Below, piece after piece: positions 1 to 12,688 of a DNA stretch of 64,000 nt. Within the stretch, counting starts at the first letter, position 1. Every line of letters begins with the position of its first letter. The translations under genes and the position numbers were made by a program. The notes under the pieces were generated by a model. It was not told the origin of the DNA. It searched no databases and saw nothing but the letters and a program-made list of their open reading frames with translations. The DNA comes from Antedon mediterranea (taxonomy: Eukaryota > Animalia > Echinodermata): the NCBI RefSeq assembly GCF_964355755.1, contig NC_092677.1:28197175-28261174 (forward strand). The letters run 5' to 3'.

Positions 1-2459
1 CCAATACTATTTATAACTAATTACACTTTTACCAACTTACCTTACTAGTTTAATCAAGGTGGGAGTTCAAAAAGAAAATGTTGTCTTTAAAATGTGTACA
101 TTATGATTAAGTCGCTAATGTACAGCCTTCTGAATCATTATATATTGTAAATATTACAATATTGTTTTAGTTATTTATCTCTTGATAATAAATTGGAAAT
201 GGAAATTGATTGCGCTTGGCTGCCGAGGCTGCTTATCGGATGATTTGCTAAATCTCTACTATTCGTTTTTGTGTAAAACGTCATTAGGTCCATCGCTATA
301 CGCTTGTTTAATAGTGTGTTTGGTACAACGTACAGTGTTTACTATTTGAATTTACCGTACATTTAGCATAATATTTTTTATTCTACTGAAACGGACAACT
401 TAACGGTACACCACTTAAATGTTCCCCCTATTGACACACTGTGCACAATCTCGCCCTTCAACGTCATCACAAAGCTAACGAGCTCGTCCACATTTATAAG
501 GTCTCGTGTGTGTTGTTTTCACAAACCGACATTTGGACCATTACACTTATTTTGTGACAATTAGGGCATCATTACCACCTACAGACGGTAAAAGAAAGAT
601 GGTGAAAATATAATGATTGTGCTATTTCTGTCGAAACCTAAACTAACATAAGTTATTGACGATTCGGCAATTAAAGGCCGCTTTGATTTGGTCACTTGAT
701 TTATGGAACATTATTGAAATTCAATTTGTGCTCATAAACATAATTATTTTATTTTAGGATTCAATTCACCAAAGCCTACATTGCTGTAATTTATTGATAT
801 CGCATTGATACAGATACAATGCGATTCATTTTTGTATAGGCCTACCATATAAAATGGTTTTAACTTAAGAACGTTACTTAAAAACGTGAAATTTACGTTA
901 CTTATGATTAATTAATGTATTTATTAAAATATGATTTCTCATCGAGTGCAATTAAAGCGAAGATTTAACACGTGATGCGTTTAAGCTTGGTACCCACTTT
1001 TAAACGCACAGTGTGCGACGTACGCGCGAGTCGTGATTTGTTGCGCGCGTTTAAGCTTGGTACCCACCTTTAAACGCACAGTGCGCGACAGTTCGGATGA
1101 TCTATTTGTCGAGTCGTGATTTGTTGCGCGCGTACGAACAACGTGTTTCGTCCAATGACAAGCAAGCTTTGCGACCGGTATTAGATATGTGTTGAACTTC
1201 GAAATCCGGAAAAACTACAACAAATTACAATTATGAAAAAAATTATAATTACCGTACTGTACTTCATTAAAAGGGAAATGTAGTACGCATCATGAAAAAT
1301 AATTGTGTACGATTGTTCGGACGTTATTATACAGATTTCTATACAGTTACTGTTAAAAAGGAAGTAGGCCGGAAATAAAAGTATGCCACAATAGCAAGTA
1401 GTAGGCCAGCATATCAAGTAGGCCAGAATAGCATTGCTATTAGAATTAAATTAACTTACAAATCCAAATAATTAAGTAATTATAATTATGTCAATTAGTC
1501 TTGTAAGATTTTCGATCACCCAAATTTTAATCTAAAACGGATCTTATCGACTTTCATCTAAAATCGCATTATATGCAGTCAGATGTTATTAAAAGTGTTT
1601 CCTCAATATCTAGTTTTGTTAAATGAAATAATTTTGCTTTGTATACGAACGATAGTTTTTTTGAAGTGGTTTGATTATGTATATTAAGACATTTGTGAAT
1701 TCATTCGGGTCTTACTAACGTGTTGTGTATACACACACTTTGATGATACCAAAATAGACGTTGCTAAGGTCAAACAGATACGTTGCTAGCGTGTAAATTA
1801 ACGACACAAAGTAGCTTTAATGTCCATGATTATTATAAATACAACAAAACCGATGCCGATAATACTCAGAATATTGAGTGCACAGCGCTCACTACTTAAA
1901 ATTAATAAAAGAAAATCTTGATTCTGTGCAATCTAATTCGTCACTGACACCACAAACGTGAAGGCTTATAGTTTGAAGCGCGCGATTACAATGCACATAT
2001 TTGTACGCGAGCGTAGTAATTAATTATTGTTACAATTAATTAAGTAGTAGTGTAGTGTCAATGCGTGTCTTTTTAAGCTGAAGGATTGCTATCCAAACAA
2101 TACCCCATTGCCCTGGCCATACGTTTTCTGAGTGGAATCTCCTCATCGTCGGGCCGCACGTGGTGTTGCTTTTCGCCTCCAATATAATTAAAGTATATTA
2201 CCAATAGATTTATAAGTTGGTATGTCATTGACATGGAGATTAAATCATAATAGAATGTAATCCGTCAGTTAAAATCTGAATCATATATACTTGAAGTCGT
2301 ATGCATCCTTAGCAACTAGCCGCTGGAGCTACTTAATCTAAGTACAGATATATATCCCTGGTAATAACTGGAAATATATCAAATATGACAAAACGTGCCA
2401 GTGATGTAATACCTTTCTTTACTAAGAAAAGAAACAGTTATTTATTTCACGGATCTAAG

Positions 2460-3023
2460 ATGTATCGGTATTTTGTATGTTTATTCTTGATCGCATCTAA
2501 TCTACCACCTTCAGGATCCGTTGACGGATTATCGTTTTCCTACGAAGAAGCGTCCGGGACAGGCTACCACAATACGTACAACTTTTATTATGGCGGCAGT
2601 GGTAAACCAACTATTGATGGAAACTCCGGTTTTGCCTTATCCTTTTCACAACAAGATGCCCTTCGGACTTGGCAGAGTCTTTTTGATAACATGTCCGGTA
2701 CGTTTAGACGTGACTCCATCGAATCCAGCACTTCTCCAATACAATTTAATTTGAAACAGCAATGTGAGATGTTGACATTATTTAGAGGTTTCTTTACTGG
2801 TGCAAGATATGCTGATGCAAGTGTATGTACATCAATATTAGGATCGTCAGGTGATTCAGCACGAGTAGGAGTCTCATCAACAACAACTAGTGGATTCAAT
2901 GGTTTAGACGATGAGCCTACTGGATGTAGTGCTTTATCAGACATTTGCCAAACTGTTACCAATGTGGCGACACCGAGTATAGGTTTTACTATCGATGGAA
3001 ATGTGCCTGTTGTTATTCCGCAG
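2460..3023 (+). CDS. Secreted neurotrophin/Spaetzle-like cystine-knot protein, coding exon 1 (signal peptide, prodomain, start of knot)
   Basis: Lies within ORF 2385..3056. Second ATG (2460) begins a signal-peptide-like MYRYFVCLFLIASNLPPSGS. Ends at phase-0 donor CAG|GTCAGT (3023/3024). C-terminal ICQTVTNVATPSIGFTIDGNVPVVIPQ resembles the first strand of NGF-family mature domains. Confidence 0.75.
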
Positions 3024-3307
3024 GTCAGTGTTTTCCACGTTTGGATACAGCAGTAGTAGTTATGCTGCAACATGTAGTAGTTCTTATTTAGCATAGTGTA
3101 GTAAGTTGTAGCACATTATGGCATCCTATAGTGTAGTTGTTTCGCCGCTGCAACATGTAGTCGTAGTGTCAATCGATAGGTAACGGAATTTTGTGTAGTT
3201 AGAGTAGAAAAGTTTCTCTTTTTAATTCACAAGAAAGTCAACGGACTGGAATTTTCTTTCTCAATTCGGTTTTTACGATTGAAACTAAACATAATCCTTT
3301 TCTTTAG

Positions 3308-3526
3308 CTTGCAGAGCTTGGATACAACCAGGAGTTTCTAGAACATGATTGCGTATCTTCAGATTGTACTTGGCCACCCTTTGCTTTCAATGACTTAAGG
3401 TGTACATGTTGCCAGACAACACGTGGTGAAAACGCGTTAGTTGTAGGATTAGGTCCAAGTATTGTGGTTGCAAAGGTTGCTGTTACCAAGGGCAACTGTG
3501 TAGCCAAATTACAGCCCGTTATATAA
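3308..3526 (+). CDS. Secreted neurotrophin/Spaetzle-like protein, coding exon 2 (rest of cystine knot)
   Basis: Branch-like ACTAAAC, pyrimidine tract and TTTAG|CTT acceptor, in phase with exon 1. Reads LAELGYNQEFLEHDCVSSDCTWPPFAFNDLRCTCCQTTRGENALVVGLGPSIVVAKVAVTKGNCVAKLQPVI*. AATAAA at 3834-3839. Absent from the ORF track. Confidence 0.75.
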   Translation, partial: LAELGYNQEFLEHDCVSSDCTWPPFAFNDLRCTCCQTTRGENALVVGLGPSIVVAKVAVTKGNCVAKLQPVI

Positions 3527-6500
3527 GTTATATACAGTAGCTATAATTACTAATAACTCGACCGCAAATATTTTATAGAATTTTCTATTTTGATGATCCA
3601 AAATGTGGTCATCTAAAAGGAAAGTTAGAGATTCAGATGAAACTTTTCACTTATACAAATCAGTCAGACTATTTTTGTAACTTAAGTTTGTGAATATTGA
3701 TACTGCTTACATTTGGGTCTTTTCGGTGTGTTTTCGGTATATAAATGTGTCGTTATGTCCCCCATTACAGGTTGTCGTGAACAATACATAATGTTGTTTG
3801 TGAAGAAAAATTATTTGAAAAATACTTGAACCGAATAAAACATCACGAATAACAAACAAACGTTAAAATAACAATTTATGCTATTGATCGTTTATTCTAC
3901 CATCTCTTTTATATCATGCGTTTTCTGACAATATTAATTTACAGCATTAGGCAAGCTAACAAAACACTTTTACTTTTCTACTAAACTGTAAAAACTGGCC
4001 TCGTTTAGTAGTCCAACTTAAACTAAAACACGAAACAGTTACTAATTGTTTTTTTAATATAAAAGATTAAAACAGTTAAACTATTGATTAATATTTGGAT
4101 CATGATAACAATATTGATAACAAGATTGTTAACAAGTCAGAAAACCAACTAACTATAGACCTGTATAATGAATAGGTCGTGATGATATTTAGATTATGAT
4201 TATTTTCAAACATAACCTGTAATTCGATTGATTAGAAATCAAGAACAACTCGTCGAGATATTCTAACCAACATATTAAAATTTTATACATTTGCCAAAGC
4301 GGAACAATTATCCAAACACCATTTTATTAACAGTCTGTTCTGCACATGAACAAAAATAGGTTTACCAGAGAAGAGTGCGATTTTTGTAATCTCACTCTTA
4401 TCTGGTTTTCTCATGCATAAAATGAGCAGTTTGTTCATATTTTCTTCTAATTTTTTTTTTAAACACAATATAATTTGCGCTCTTTAATACTCTTTTACTT
4501 ACAAACTTCAACATTTAAATTAAAAACAAAATATTAGGAACTCGACTTTGCCAATACCAGACTGATACTCTCCCCAAAGCAGACTTATGGTTCAAAATGT
4601 CCCAAATTCTTTTATATTGAATACAATTATTTCCAGAATACCAGGCTAGGTAGCCCAAGAGTATCCACCTATTATACTGTAATAGGCTGATACCAACAAA
4701 ATATTTAATTATACAAAAACACTTTTCATTGTTAGTTTTCTATAACAACGATTTCACTGGCGTGGTCGCATTAAAGAACATTGGTAAACATTTAAATCCT
4801 GTTTTCCACATTCTTAAAACAAAACAAATCACAATGAAAGTATGACTAAACATTGTTCATTTAGTATATACATGTTTGTCTAGTCACTGTTAAGTATCCA
4901 AACAATCTACTTAACTATAAGTTCATATTAAGAGTTACAATTTCAACAACTGACAATGGATCAGTCGTTGGGCCTATTGAATCATCAAACCTGATTTTCA
5001 ACTATAAATATTTTTTTATCAATATAGGGAATGTAACTTTACAAAAGTGTTCATGAAGTGTTTCATGGGTACGTTTATATTTCAATTGTAAATATTACAC
5101 GAAAAAATATAAATAATTTTGTCGATTCTTATCGTATACTTTCTTTCGGCTTTTTTCCAAAGCCACTACTAACTAATATCAGGAATATAGTCTATTTTGA
5201 CAATTTATTTTATAGACATACAAAAATCAAAAATTAAAAACAATACGAAAATTTAAATATACATATTAAACGCATTATTGATATTGTTTAAATAAGTGTA
5301 CTCCAAATACATATTAAACGCATTATTGATATTGTTTGATTACATTTACCGTTCACTTTTACGGAATAGTTTCACGTTGCGCGCATGCGTAAATACCTCG
5401 ATAATGATGTATTTCAGTTGCAATAAAATAGTCAATTGTCGACGTGACATTTGTCATATTCAATGAGCATTATTGAGACGGCATGTCGCTATTTTATTAT
5501 TCATTTCAATTTGATCATAAAGGTCTCAGTAGGTCAGTAATTTGTATTATATGTTATTAATTGTGTTATATCACAGTTGCTCTCTTTTCACTTCACAATA
5601 TAATTCAATTCAATCAATTTAATCTCTTTTATTCGGAATATTTTATCCTATCAAAAACAAAACAAAAACCTATAGCCTAAATAGAAAAAAAAATCACAAA
5701 ATCTAAGCCTAAATATATAGAATATATTCTCCATCGTCAATACATATTTGAGTTATAGAGCATAATGTTTGCAAACACAAGCAACAAGAATATTACAACT
5801 ATTCAACATGATAAGCTTTAACCCGCACAGAAGTCACAGGACCTGCAGTACTGTCCTTCCGTGTAAATATCCATGTATGCAACGGTATTTTAGTGTTAGG
5901 CTTTGTTCCGACTAAGACGCAACTCAACGCAGGACATACGCGCGACGCCATTCCGTTGTCTCCAAGTGAAAACCAACCTAAATGTTTAACCATGAGTTTT
6001 GATGAAATAGCAAATAATGCAATATGCATAAGTGTATACGTGAATATATGGCAATGGTAAATTTCTTATAATTTATAGCATATTTGGCAATAAACCTGGT
6101 TTTGCAAATTTATATGAAATGTTCGATTGATTTATAGTTATTACATTGTTGGGAAAAGAAAGATCTTAGTACAAAAATATTTTTTAGAAAGAAAAGAAGA
6201 GAGAAACCATAATAAATGAATGAATGATTTTGTCCAACCAACTGAAATTGTTTTTGGGCTGAAGTATGGTGAGTCAAATTTGCGTCAACAGTTTTGTCTG
6301 ACATTTGATAATTATTCGTTGTCGACTGTTGAGATATTCGTCAACTTGTATCATGTCGACCGTTGATCGTCAAAATGTATAAATCAATATTCCGCCGCCG
6401 TTAATTGGTAGTCGCACCTTTTCATATTTACAATTTACCAATGAGTCAACTGTATGCAGTTCAAACTATATAATGCGTCGTCAAGTCTATCTTTGCGTCA

Positions 6501-7969
6501 ACTTTTGGTCTAGTTAGCATCTCAGATAACAGAGCCTACCAAATGTGTATAAACATCAAAGTCAATGTCGCAGTCTTCATGGATTATTGATTGTTTTTTC
6601 TACATTAAAATTCACGTACTTCAAATGTGGTACTTTAATCATTGGGTAGATTTTCAATTTTTGGTGAAAAATGTAGTATAATAATGAATTTGTTAAGGTT
6701 TTTGTTTCACTGAACCAGACATACATAACTAAGCATGAAACATAAGCGACTACAAATTACACTACTTAGAAACCCACCGTACAGCTCAGAGCATTCTAAT
6801 TTCTTAAGATAAAATTCTCCGTGGGTTTATTGTTCAAAGTTGATACTAACCTAGTATTATACTTGTGATTTTAGAAACCCCATGTACACAGTAAACAGTA
6901 TGTTGTGAACAACACTTAGGCATTTGCAAAATATGAACCAGAATGCTTAATATGTATTTCCTCTCGTTTAATTTAAACTAAGTAGAAATAATTACCTTGG
7001 CCTGATCGAACAATTATGATCCGATTGCTCACTTAATGAAAATTCAAGTGGATTACAAGAAGAAGTGTTAATGCATAATGTAAAACCCCTTCTTGATGGG
7101 AAATATTTTCGCGATTTCGTGAAATTCGCGACGGTTTATTTTACCGACTGTAATAATAATCATGATTAATTTAATGTTTAAAAACTAGGCGTAACATGGA
7201 TTCAACAGTTCAAGATCAATATACCATCAATTTCACTAAGCATGCGCAAACTACAGTGAAACCAAAATGCATGCAATTCAGTAACTATAATAAATTACTT
7301 AACAGAAGCAAAAGTCTGCAAGTAAGAGGTAGAAAAGCGCAATAACTATGTGCTATAGAAACAAACCAAGTTCTTTAAATTTGAATCTATACAGCATCAG
7401 CATAGTCTGCTTTCTCTTTCTGTGGCTATTGACATGATGATTTTTAAATCATACATTTTTTCACCAAGGCCCGTGGAGTAAAACCATGTTGTCAAATGCT
7501 ATAAATTATCTATTCCTTTTCTGGTATTTACATGGAATTCTTCAGTTTCTGATATTTTAACGAAGCATTGTGTGCGTTTTGTACTCAATAAGTTCGTTCT
7601 CGTTACAACGTATTGTGCATGGATACATTTTCTATAATGTCTGTCGTTTTCTTTTATGCGTACTGCCATTTTACTTTTTGTTGAAATTGGTTCAAAGTGA
7701 GTTGTTTTCCCAGAATGACGTGAACATATACACAAAATGCCTGCAATTGAAAAATGGCTGTTTTAGAGAAACAAATAACTGATACATCACTATTCACTCT
7801 TAAATGAATGAAATAACTGTTTTTAGATTTATAAAAAGGAAGATTAAAACTAATTGATTTTGTTAGAAAGGTGTCATATAATAGCGCAATCAATGGAAAT
7901 ATATGCTTTTCATGCCTTTTGGTGAGGGTAACGTAAAAAATGTGTATATTAGGAAGAAACATGCAAATT

Positions 7970-8205
7970 ATAGACCATTTATGCGAGATTTAGCCGACAT
8001 TGTGTTTCCGAACAGTTATTATTTATGTATTTCTATTTATTTATTGCTGGTCCGCCAGATAGTCTGATGACTTTCCCGCCTTGGCTGCTTTTCTTATATC
8101 TCGAATTGCTTTCCTCCAGTACTGTTTTATTTCCAATATTTTATTTTTAATTTCTGGATTTATGTTCAACGCTGGTGACGCCGTTCGTTCACATAAATGG
8201 TCTAT
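7970..8205. mobile_element. Small non-autonomous TIR element (MITE)
   Basis: 14-bp terminal inverted repeats ATAGACCATTTATG ... CATAAATGGTCTAT around a non-coding interior. Confidence 0.5.
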
Positions 8206-8863
8206 TACTAATTAGTTGATGGTGAACTTTGTCGCCTAATATAGAGTAGTGACAGTGCAGCAATAGAAATCATACAATTACCATTATCGTACTAGCTGTA
8301 GGTTTGATGATAGTTGTCCATACTACTGCCGCCCACACACATCAAACGTGCCGCCCAAGCATTATGTAGACATCGAGTTTGGAGATGATTTGGATTTTGA
8401 ACAGATTATAAAGCATGAGTAGTGATTTAGTTTGCTAATCCACCTTAGAACCACAGTATTACTACACTGTGTTTGAAGTGCCCAAAGTAGTTCATCGCAG
8501 AGCATGCTGGGGGACATGCGTGTTCCATTAACATTTTATCTTCGTATTAAAACATTTTATTTACAATTTAATAAATGTTATCAACTTTTGTATGTATATA
8601 TACACCGTTTAAGTGTAACAGTTGTTAGGTATTACAACAATAGTGCAGTATTGACAAAATAATTAAAATAAAACAAAATGTTGTTAATGTGCATCCTATA
8701 TACACCATTCCCAAGTAACAACTTATAACTATTAACAATGCTTTTGTCAATCTAACTTGTGTTCTAATAAAACCACTTTTTTATTTACATCAATTAAAAC
8801 TAATTACGGGCTGTAATTTCTACATTATTTTACATGGTCTCGTGAAACCAAAACTGGGGGAAC

Positions 8864-9184
8864 TTAAAGAGTTGTATTTTCAGTTTGAGAGCTCCTCACT
8901 GACGAATAAGTTATACCCGTTTCCTGAAAACTCATTCCCTTACCGCCACATCTGCACAGTTTGGCAAAAGCTCTTCGAAATTTCACTGACATAAAATTGT
9001 AGATTATCGGATTGACAGCACTGTTGATGAAAACAAGTATTCGTATGAAAAACATCCCCCAAGGGAACAGATTTGGTACTGTGGAGCCTGCTGGATCCCA
9101 AATGTACAGGTAGAAATTTAGGATTCGAGTTGGTCCCCACAACGTCACAAACAGCGCCACCACCACCACAAGCATCTTTACAAC
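8864..9184 (-). CDS. TRHR: Thyrotropin-releasing hormone receptor-like class A GPCR, last coding exon (TM6, TM7, C-tail)
   Basis: Acceptor TTTCACAG|GTT. VVKMLVVVVALFVTLWGPTRIL...RILVFINSAVNPIIYNFMSVKFRRAFAKLCRC matches the TRHR TM6-TM7-helix 8 pattern, with NPxxY and candidate palmitoylation cysteines. Confidence 0.9.
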   Translation of the reverse strand, partial: VVKMLVVVVALFVTLWGPTRILNFYLYIWDPAGSTVPNLFPWGMFFIRILVFINSAVNPIIYNFMSVKFRRAFAKLCRCGGKGMSFQETGITYSSVRSSQTENTTL

Positions 9185-9234
9185 CTGTGAAATATACAAA
9201 TACAGAATGTCATAACATGTTTCCTTAAGCATAC

Positions 9235-9790
9235 ACTGGCAAACTCTTGAGTTTTATAAGAAAAGTTTGCTAGTTAGACCAGTTGACAAACTTCAGCAAA
9301 CTGCAGAAAACAAGTTTGTGGTAATTCAGACTTTGTAAAAAGGGCAAGCAGAAATTTAAAGAACAAACTTTATTTGGCAAAGGCAGAGTTTTCCCAAGAA
9401 TTGTTTTTCCAAAGTTTGCTACTGTAGAGACGAGTATACAAACTTCGGCAAACTAGTTTGTAGAAAGGGCAAGCAGAAATTTACACTACTAGCAATCTTT
9501 AGTTGTCAAACTAAACAAAGTTTTCCAAGAAATGTTCTAGTGTAGACCAGTTGAAAAACTGCACAAAATAAGTTTGTAGAAAGGGCAAGCAAAAATTTAC
9601 ACTATCGAACTTTAATTGGCAAACTCAGATTTTTCCAAGAAATGTTTGTTAACGTTTGCTAGTGAAGACCAGTTGACAAACTGGAGAAACAAGTAGAAAT
9701 CTACACCTACACTTTGTTTGCAAACTTCGAGCTTGTCAAGAAAAGTGTTCAATTTTGTGGAGAGGCCACGTGAGAAAACTCCGAGTTTTT
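9235..9790. repeat. Degenerate tandem repeat, about 4 units of ~120-150 bp, in the GPCR intron
   Basis: Recurrent blocks AGTTTGCTAGT-AGACCAGTTGACAAACT and GTTTGTAGAAAGGGCAAGCAGAAATTTA. Confidence 0.6.
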
Positions 9791-10682
9791 AAACAAATAT
9801 TTAGTGAAAACTAGGCTTTGTATTTGAAAAGATACAGTGTTGTTTTATAAACCATTCTAACAAAATATTTAAAAAAACACAAATTTGCCAATTACGATTA
9901 ATTAAGAATACATAGGCCCACAGGTCGGTTACCATCGACCCGTGTGTCTGAAACCAGGTTTAATTTCATTAGATCACTTGTTTTTAACATTAAAAAAATA
10001 TGGAAAAAGAATATAGAAATAGAATCAATAGTGGCATATTTATTAATCAAAGTATGCAGTATTGACATTGATAGTTGTTGATCATTATTTTACATATCAA
10101 TTGAGAAATTTACAATAATAGTGTACATGTAATGTAAACACTTACTCATACGCGCGTGTGTTTAGTACGCGTGTAAAGTGAATACTTCTTGTATTACTGT
10201 TGTCAAATGTTTTTAAAATAAACAACTATGACGTTTGCACTTGTTAACATACTTCAGTTCATTGGTGTTAATTTTAACCCATCAAACCAGATTGAAAGCT
10301 CAAAATTGTACCGTACTAAATAAACGTTCATTCATTAAGTACGCGATAACATGCTGTGGTCTTCTAGCTAAGTGCGCCCCACGTGTACCAAGCAAACACC
10401 TACAATATTACCTATATAAACACTCCATTAAACCCACTTATCAGCTTAATAAGTTAAGCATCATGCTGCATAGAATCAACGTCAATGCATTTCAAATAAA
10501 TTAGACATGGCCTGTCATGTTTATGATTGATGAGTCATTTCATCGGGAGTAATCTCCACTGGAAAAAACTTTCCAAAAAAATTAATCTCATCAACTTAGG
10601 AAAATAATCGCAAATAATCTATAATGATAAATCTCGTCAAAAATGGCAAACCGTTATTATACGTACAACCAGGGAAGAGTAG

Positions 10683-11451
10683 GTACAACCCGAATCGGTA
10701 CGGTTAACCAATCGGTACGGTACACCCACAATCGGTACGGTAAAACCACAATCGGTACGGTACAACCACAATCGGTACTGTACAACCACAGTCTGTACGG
10801 TACAACCACAATCGGTACTGTACAACCACAGTCTGTACGGTACAACCACAATCGGTACGGTACAACCACAATCGGTACGGTACAACCACAGTCTGTACGG
10901 TACAACCACAATCGGTACGGTACAACCACAGTCTGTACGGTACAACCACAATCGGTACTGTACAACCACAATGGGTACGGTACAACCCCAATGGGTACGG
11001 TACAACCCCAATCGGTACGGTACAACCCCAATGGGTACGGTACAACCCCAATGGGTACGGTACAACCACAGTTTGTACGGTACAACCACAGTCTGTTCGG
11101 TACAACCACAGTCTGTACGGTACAACCCCAATGGGTACGGTACAACCACAGTCTGTACGGTACAACCACAATGGGTACGGTACAACCACAGTTTGTACGG
11201 TACAACCACAGTCTGTACGGTACAACCCCAATGGGTACGACGGTACAACCACAGTCTGTACGGTACAACCACAGTCTGTACGGTACAACCACAGTCTGTA
11301 CGGTACAACCACAATGGGTACGGTACAACTACAGTCTGTACGGTACAACCACAATGGGTACGGTACAACCACAATGGGTACGGTACAACCACAATGGGTA
11401 CGGTACAACCCCAATGGGTACGGTACAACCACAATCGGTCGGTACAACCAC
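10683..11451. repeat. 20-bp minisatellite, ~38 copies with interspersed variants
   Basis: Unit TACAACC(A/C)CA-(ATCG/GTCT/ATGG/GTTT)-GTACGG. Explains the six overlapping repetitive ORFs at 10637-11534. Confidence 0.95.
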
Positions 11452-11731
11452 ATTTAGATGTGCACGGTGGTAATAGATATTATACTTCTGGTCTATCCAA
11501 CGCTCGTGGTTTAATTTTTTGGTTATTCAGATGATCTAGAGTTTTGGGTCCGGTGAATATAAATCGCTATGGTACGCACTTTGGAGAACGAGTTGTTTGT
11601 ATTGTTGTCTGGAGAAGTAAGTCCTTTCAAAGTTATGATTAGTGTCACAACAAAACAAATTAAAGTTACATATTATTTCCTTCCTCCTATATACTTTACA
11701 ACAATACATTTGTACTAAACGTGTTATTTAC

Positions 11732-12688
11732 CTGTTTTCTTGATGATACGGCTGATTTCTTATTTGTTTTTTTCTTTGGCATCAGTTTCTTTGTTGTCCT
11801 TCTGTCTCTTGCGTTCATGTGTGAGTTTGCGTTTGTGTCGTATTCAGTAACTCCAACTCCGTTTCCAGATTTCATCGTCACATCCATGTTATTTTTGTTG
11901 AGTTTCTTAGAACTTGTACTGCGATATAAGACAACTCCAATGGCTGTGTACAAGGCGCTACATACCACTGTGGGCATTGCATAAAACAAAGCAAAGTCCA
12001 ACATATATATTGTCTTGTACAGGAACTCTTTTCCGTCGACATAATCACAAAAGTATGACGGTTCGTTACCATTATCATATTGTGTTTCCACAATACGAAC
12101 GAATATTATCCACGGAAGACAGTAGATAATTGTGAAAATCCAAATGGCGGTAATAATTCGGATTGCACGCGAGTTTGTACAAATTGTGGCCGAACGCATT
12201 GGGTAACAAATAGCGATAAACCGCTCCACTGTAAATGCTGTTATTGATAATGCTGTACTGTTGTAACTTAAATATTCCAAGAAAATAATTATTCGGCAGC
12301 CAAAAATGCCGTAAGGAAATCCACTATCCGGTAAATATAGTTCAGGTAATGAATGTAACAAAATGGCAACTAAAGACACTGTGCTGTCACCGATTGCAAG
12401 ACTGACCAGGTAACAGTTGGTAGGTGACCTCATCCCCTTCACCTTTAATACAACAACGATTACCATCATATTTCCAATGAAGCCTGTTAGCCCCACGAGG
12501 ACATATAATAATGTTGCAACCACTGTGAAAGATATCGGATGATATGACGGCTCACTACAAAACTTTAGAGATGAATCATTGGGCGAAAGTACACAACGAT
12601 TGATTCGTACAAGTTCCGTTACATCAGTGGTAAATTCTGACGTCATCATCGTGCTGTTGAGCAGTTCGTATAAACTTGTGTTATCCAT
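11732..12688 (-). CDS. TRHR: Thyrotropin-releasing hormone receptor-like class A GPCR, first coding exon (N-term to ICL3); spliced protein 425 aa
   Basis: GN in TM1, MRSPTNCYLVSLA, ITAFTVERFIAICYP, N-glycosylation sites. Ends SSRKQ|gtaaat (phase 0), the same SRKQ|V intron position as vertebrate TRHR. An acceptor (TCCTTTCAG) 9 nt upstream of the ATG implies an upstream UTR exon. Confidence 0.92.

Noticed and set aside
978-1135. Short direct duplication starting GCGTTTAAGCTTGGTACCCAC
   Set aside because: Looks like a duplicated MITE left end, but no matching right TIR or TSD was found.
2385-3056. 223-aa ORF as a complete single-exon protein
   Set aside because: The tail VSVFHVWIQQ is read-through into an intron after a good donor, and the first 25 aa precede the signal-like Met. 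The spliced model explains the cysteine pattern.
2588-3507. Minus-strand ORFs 2588..3094 and 3304..3507
   Set aside because: Antisense shadows of the two + strand exons.
10637-11534. Six long overlapping ORFs
   Set aside because: Products of a stop-free 20-bp minisatellite inside an intron.
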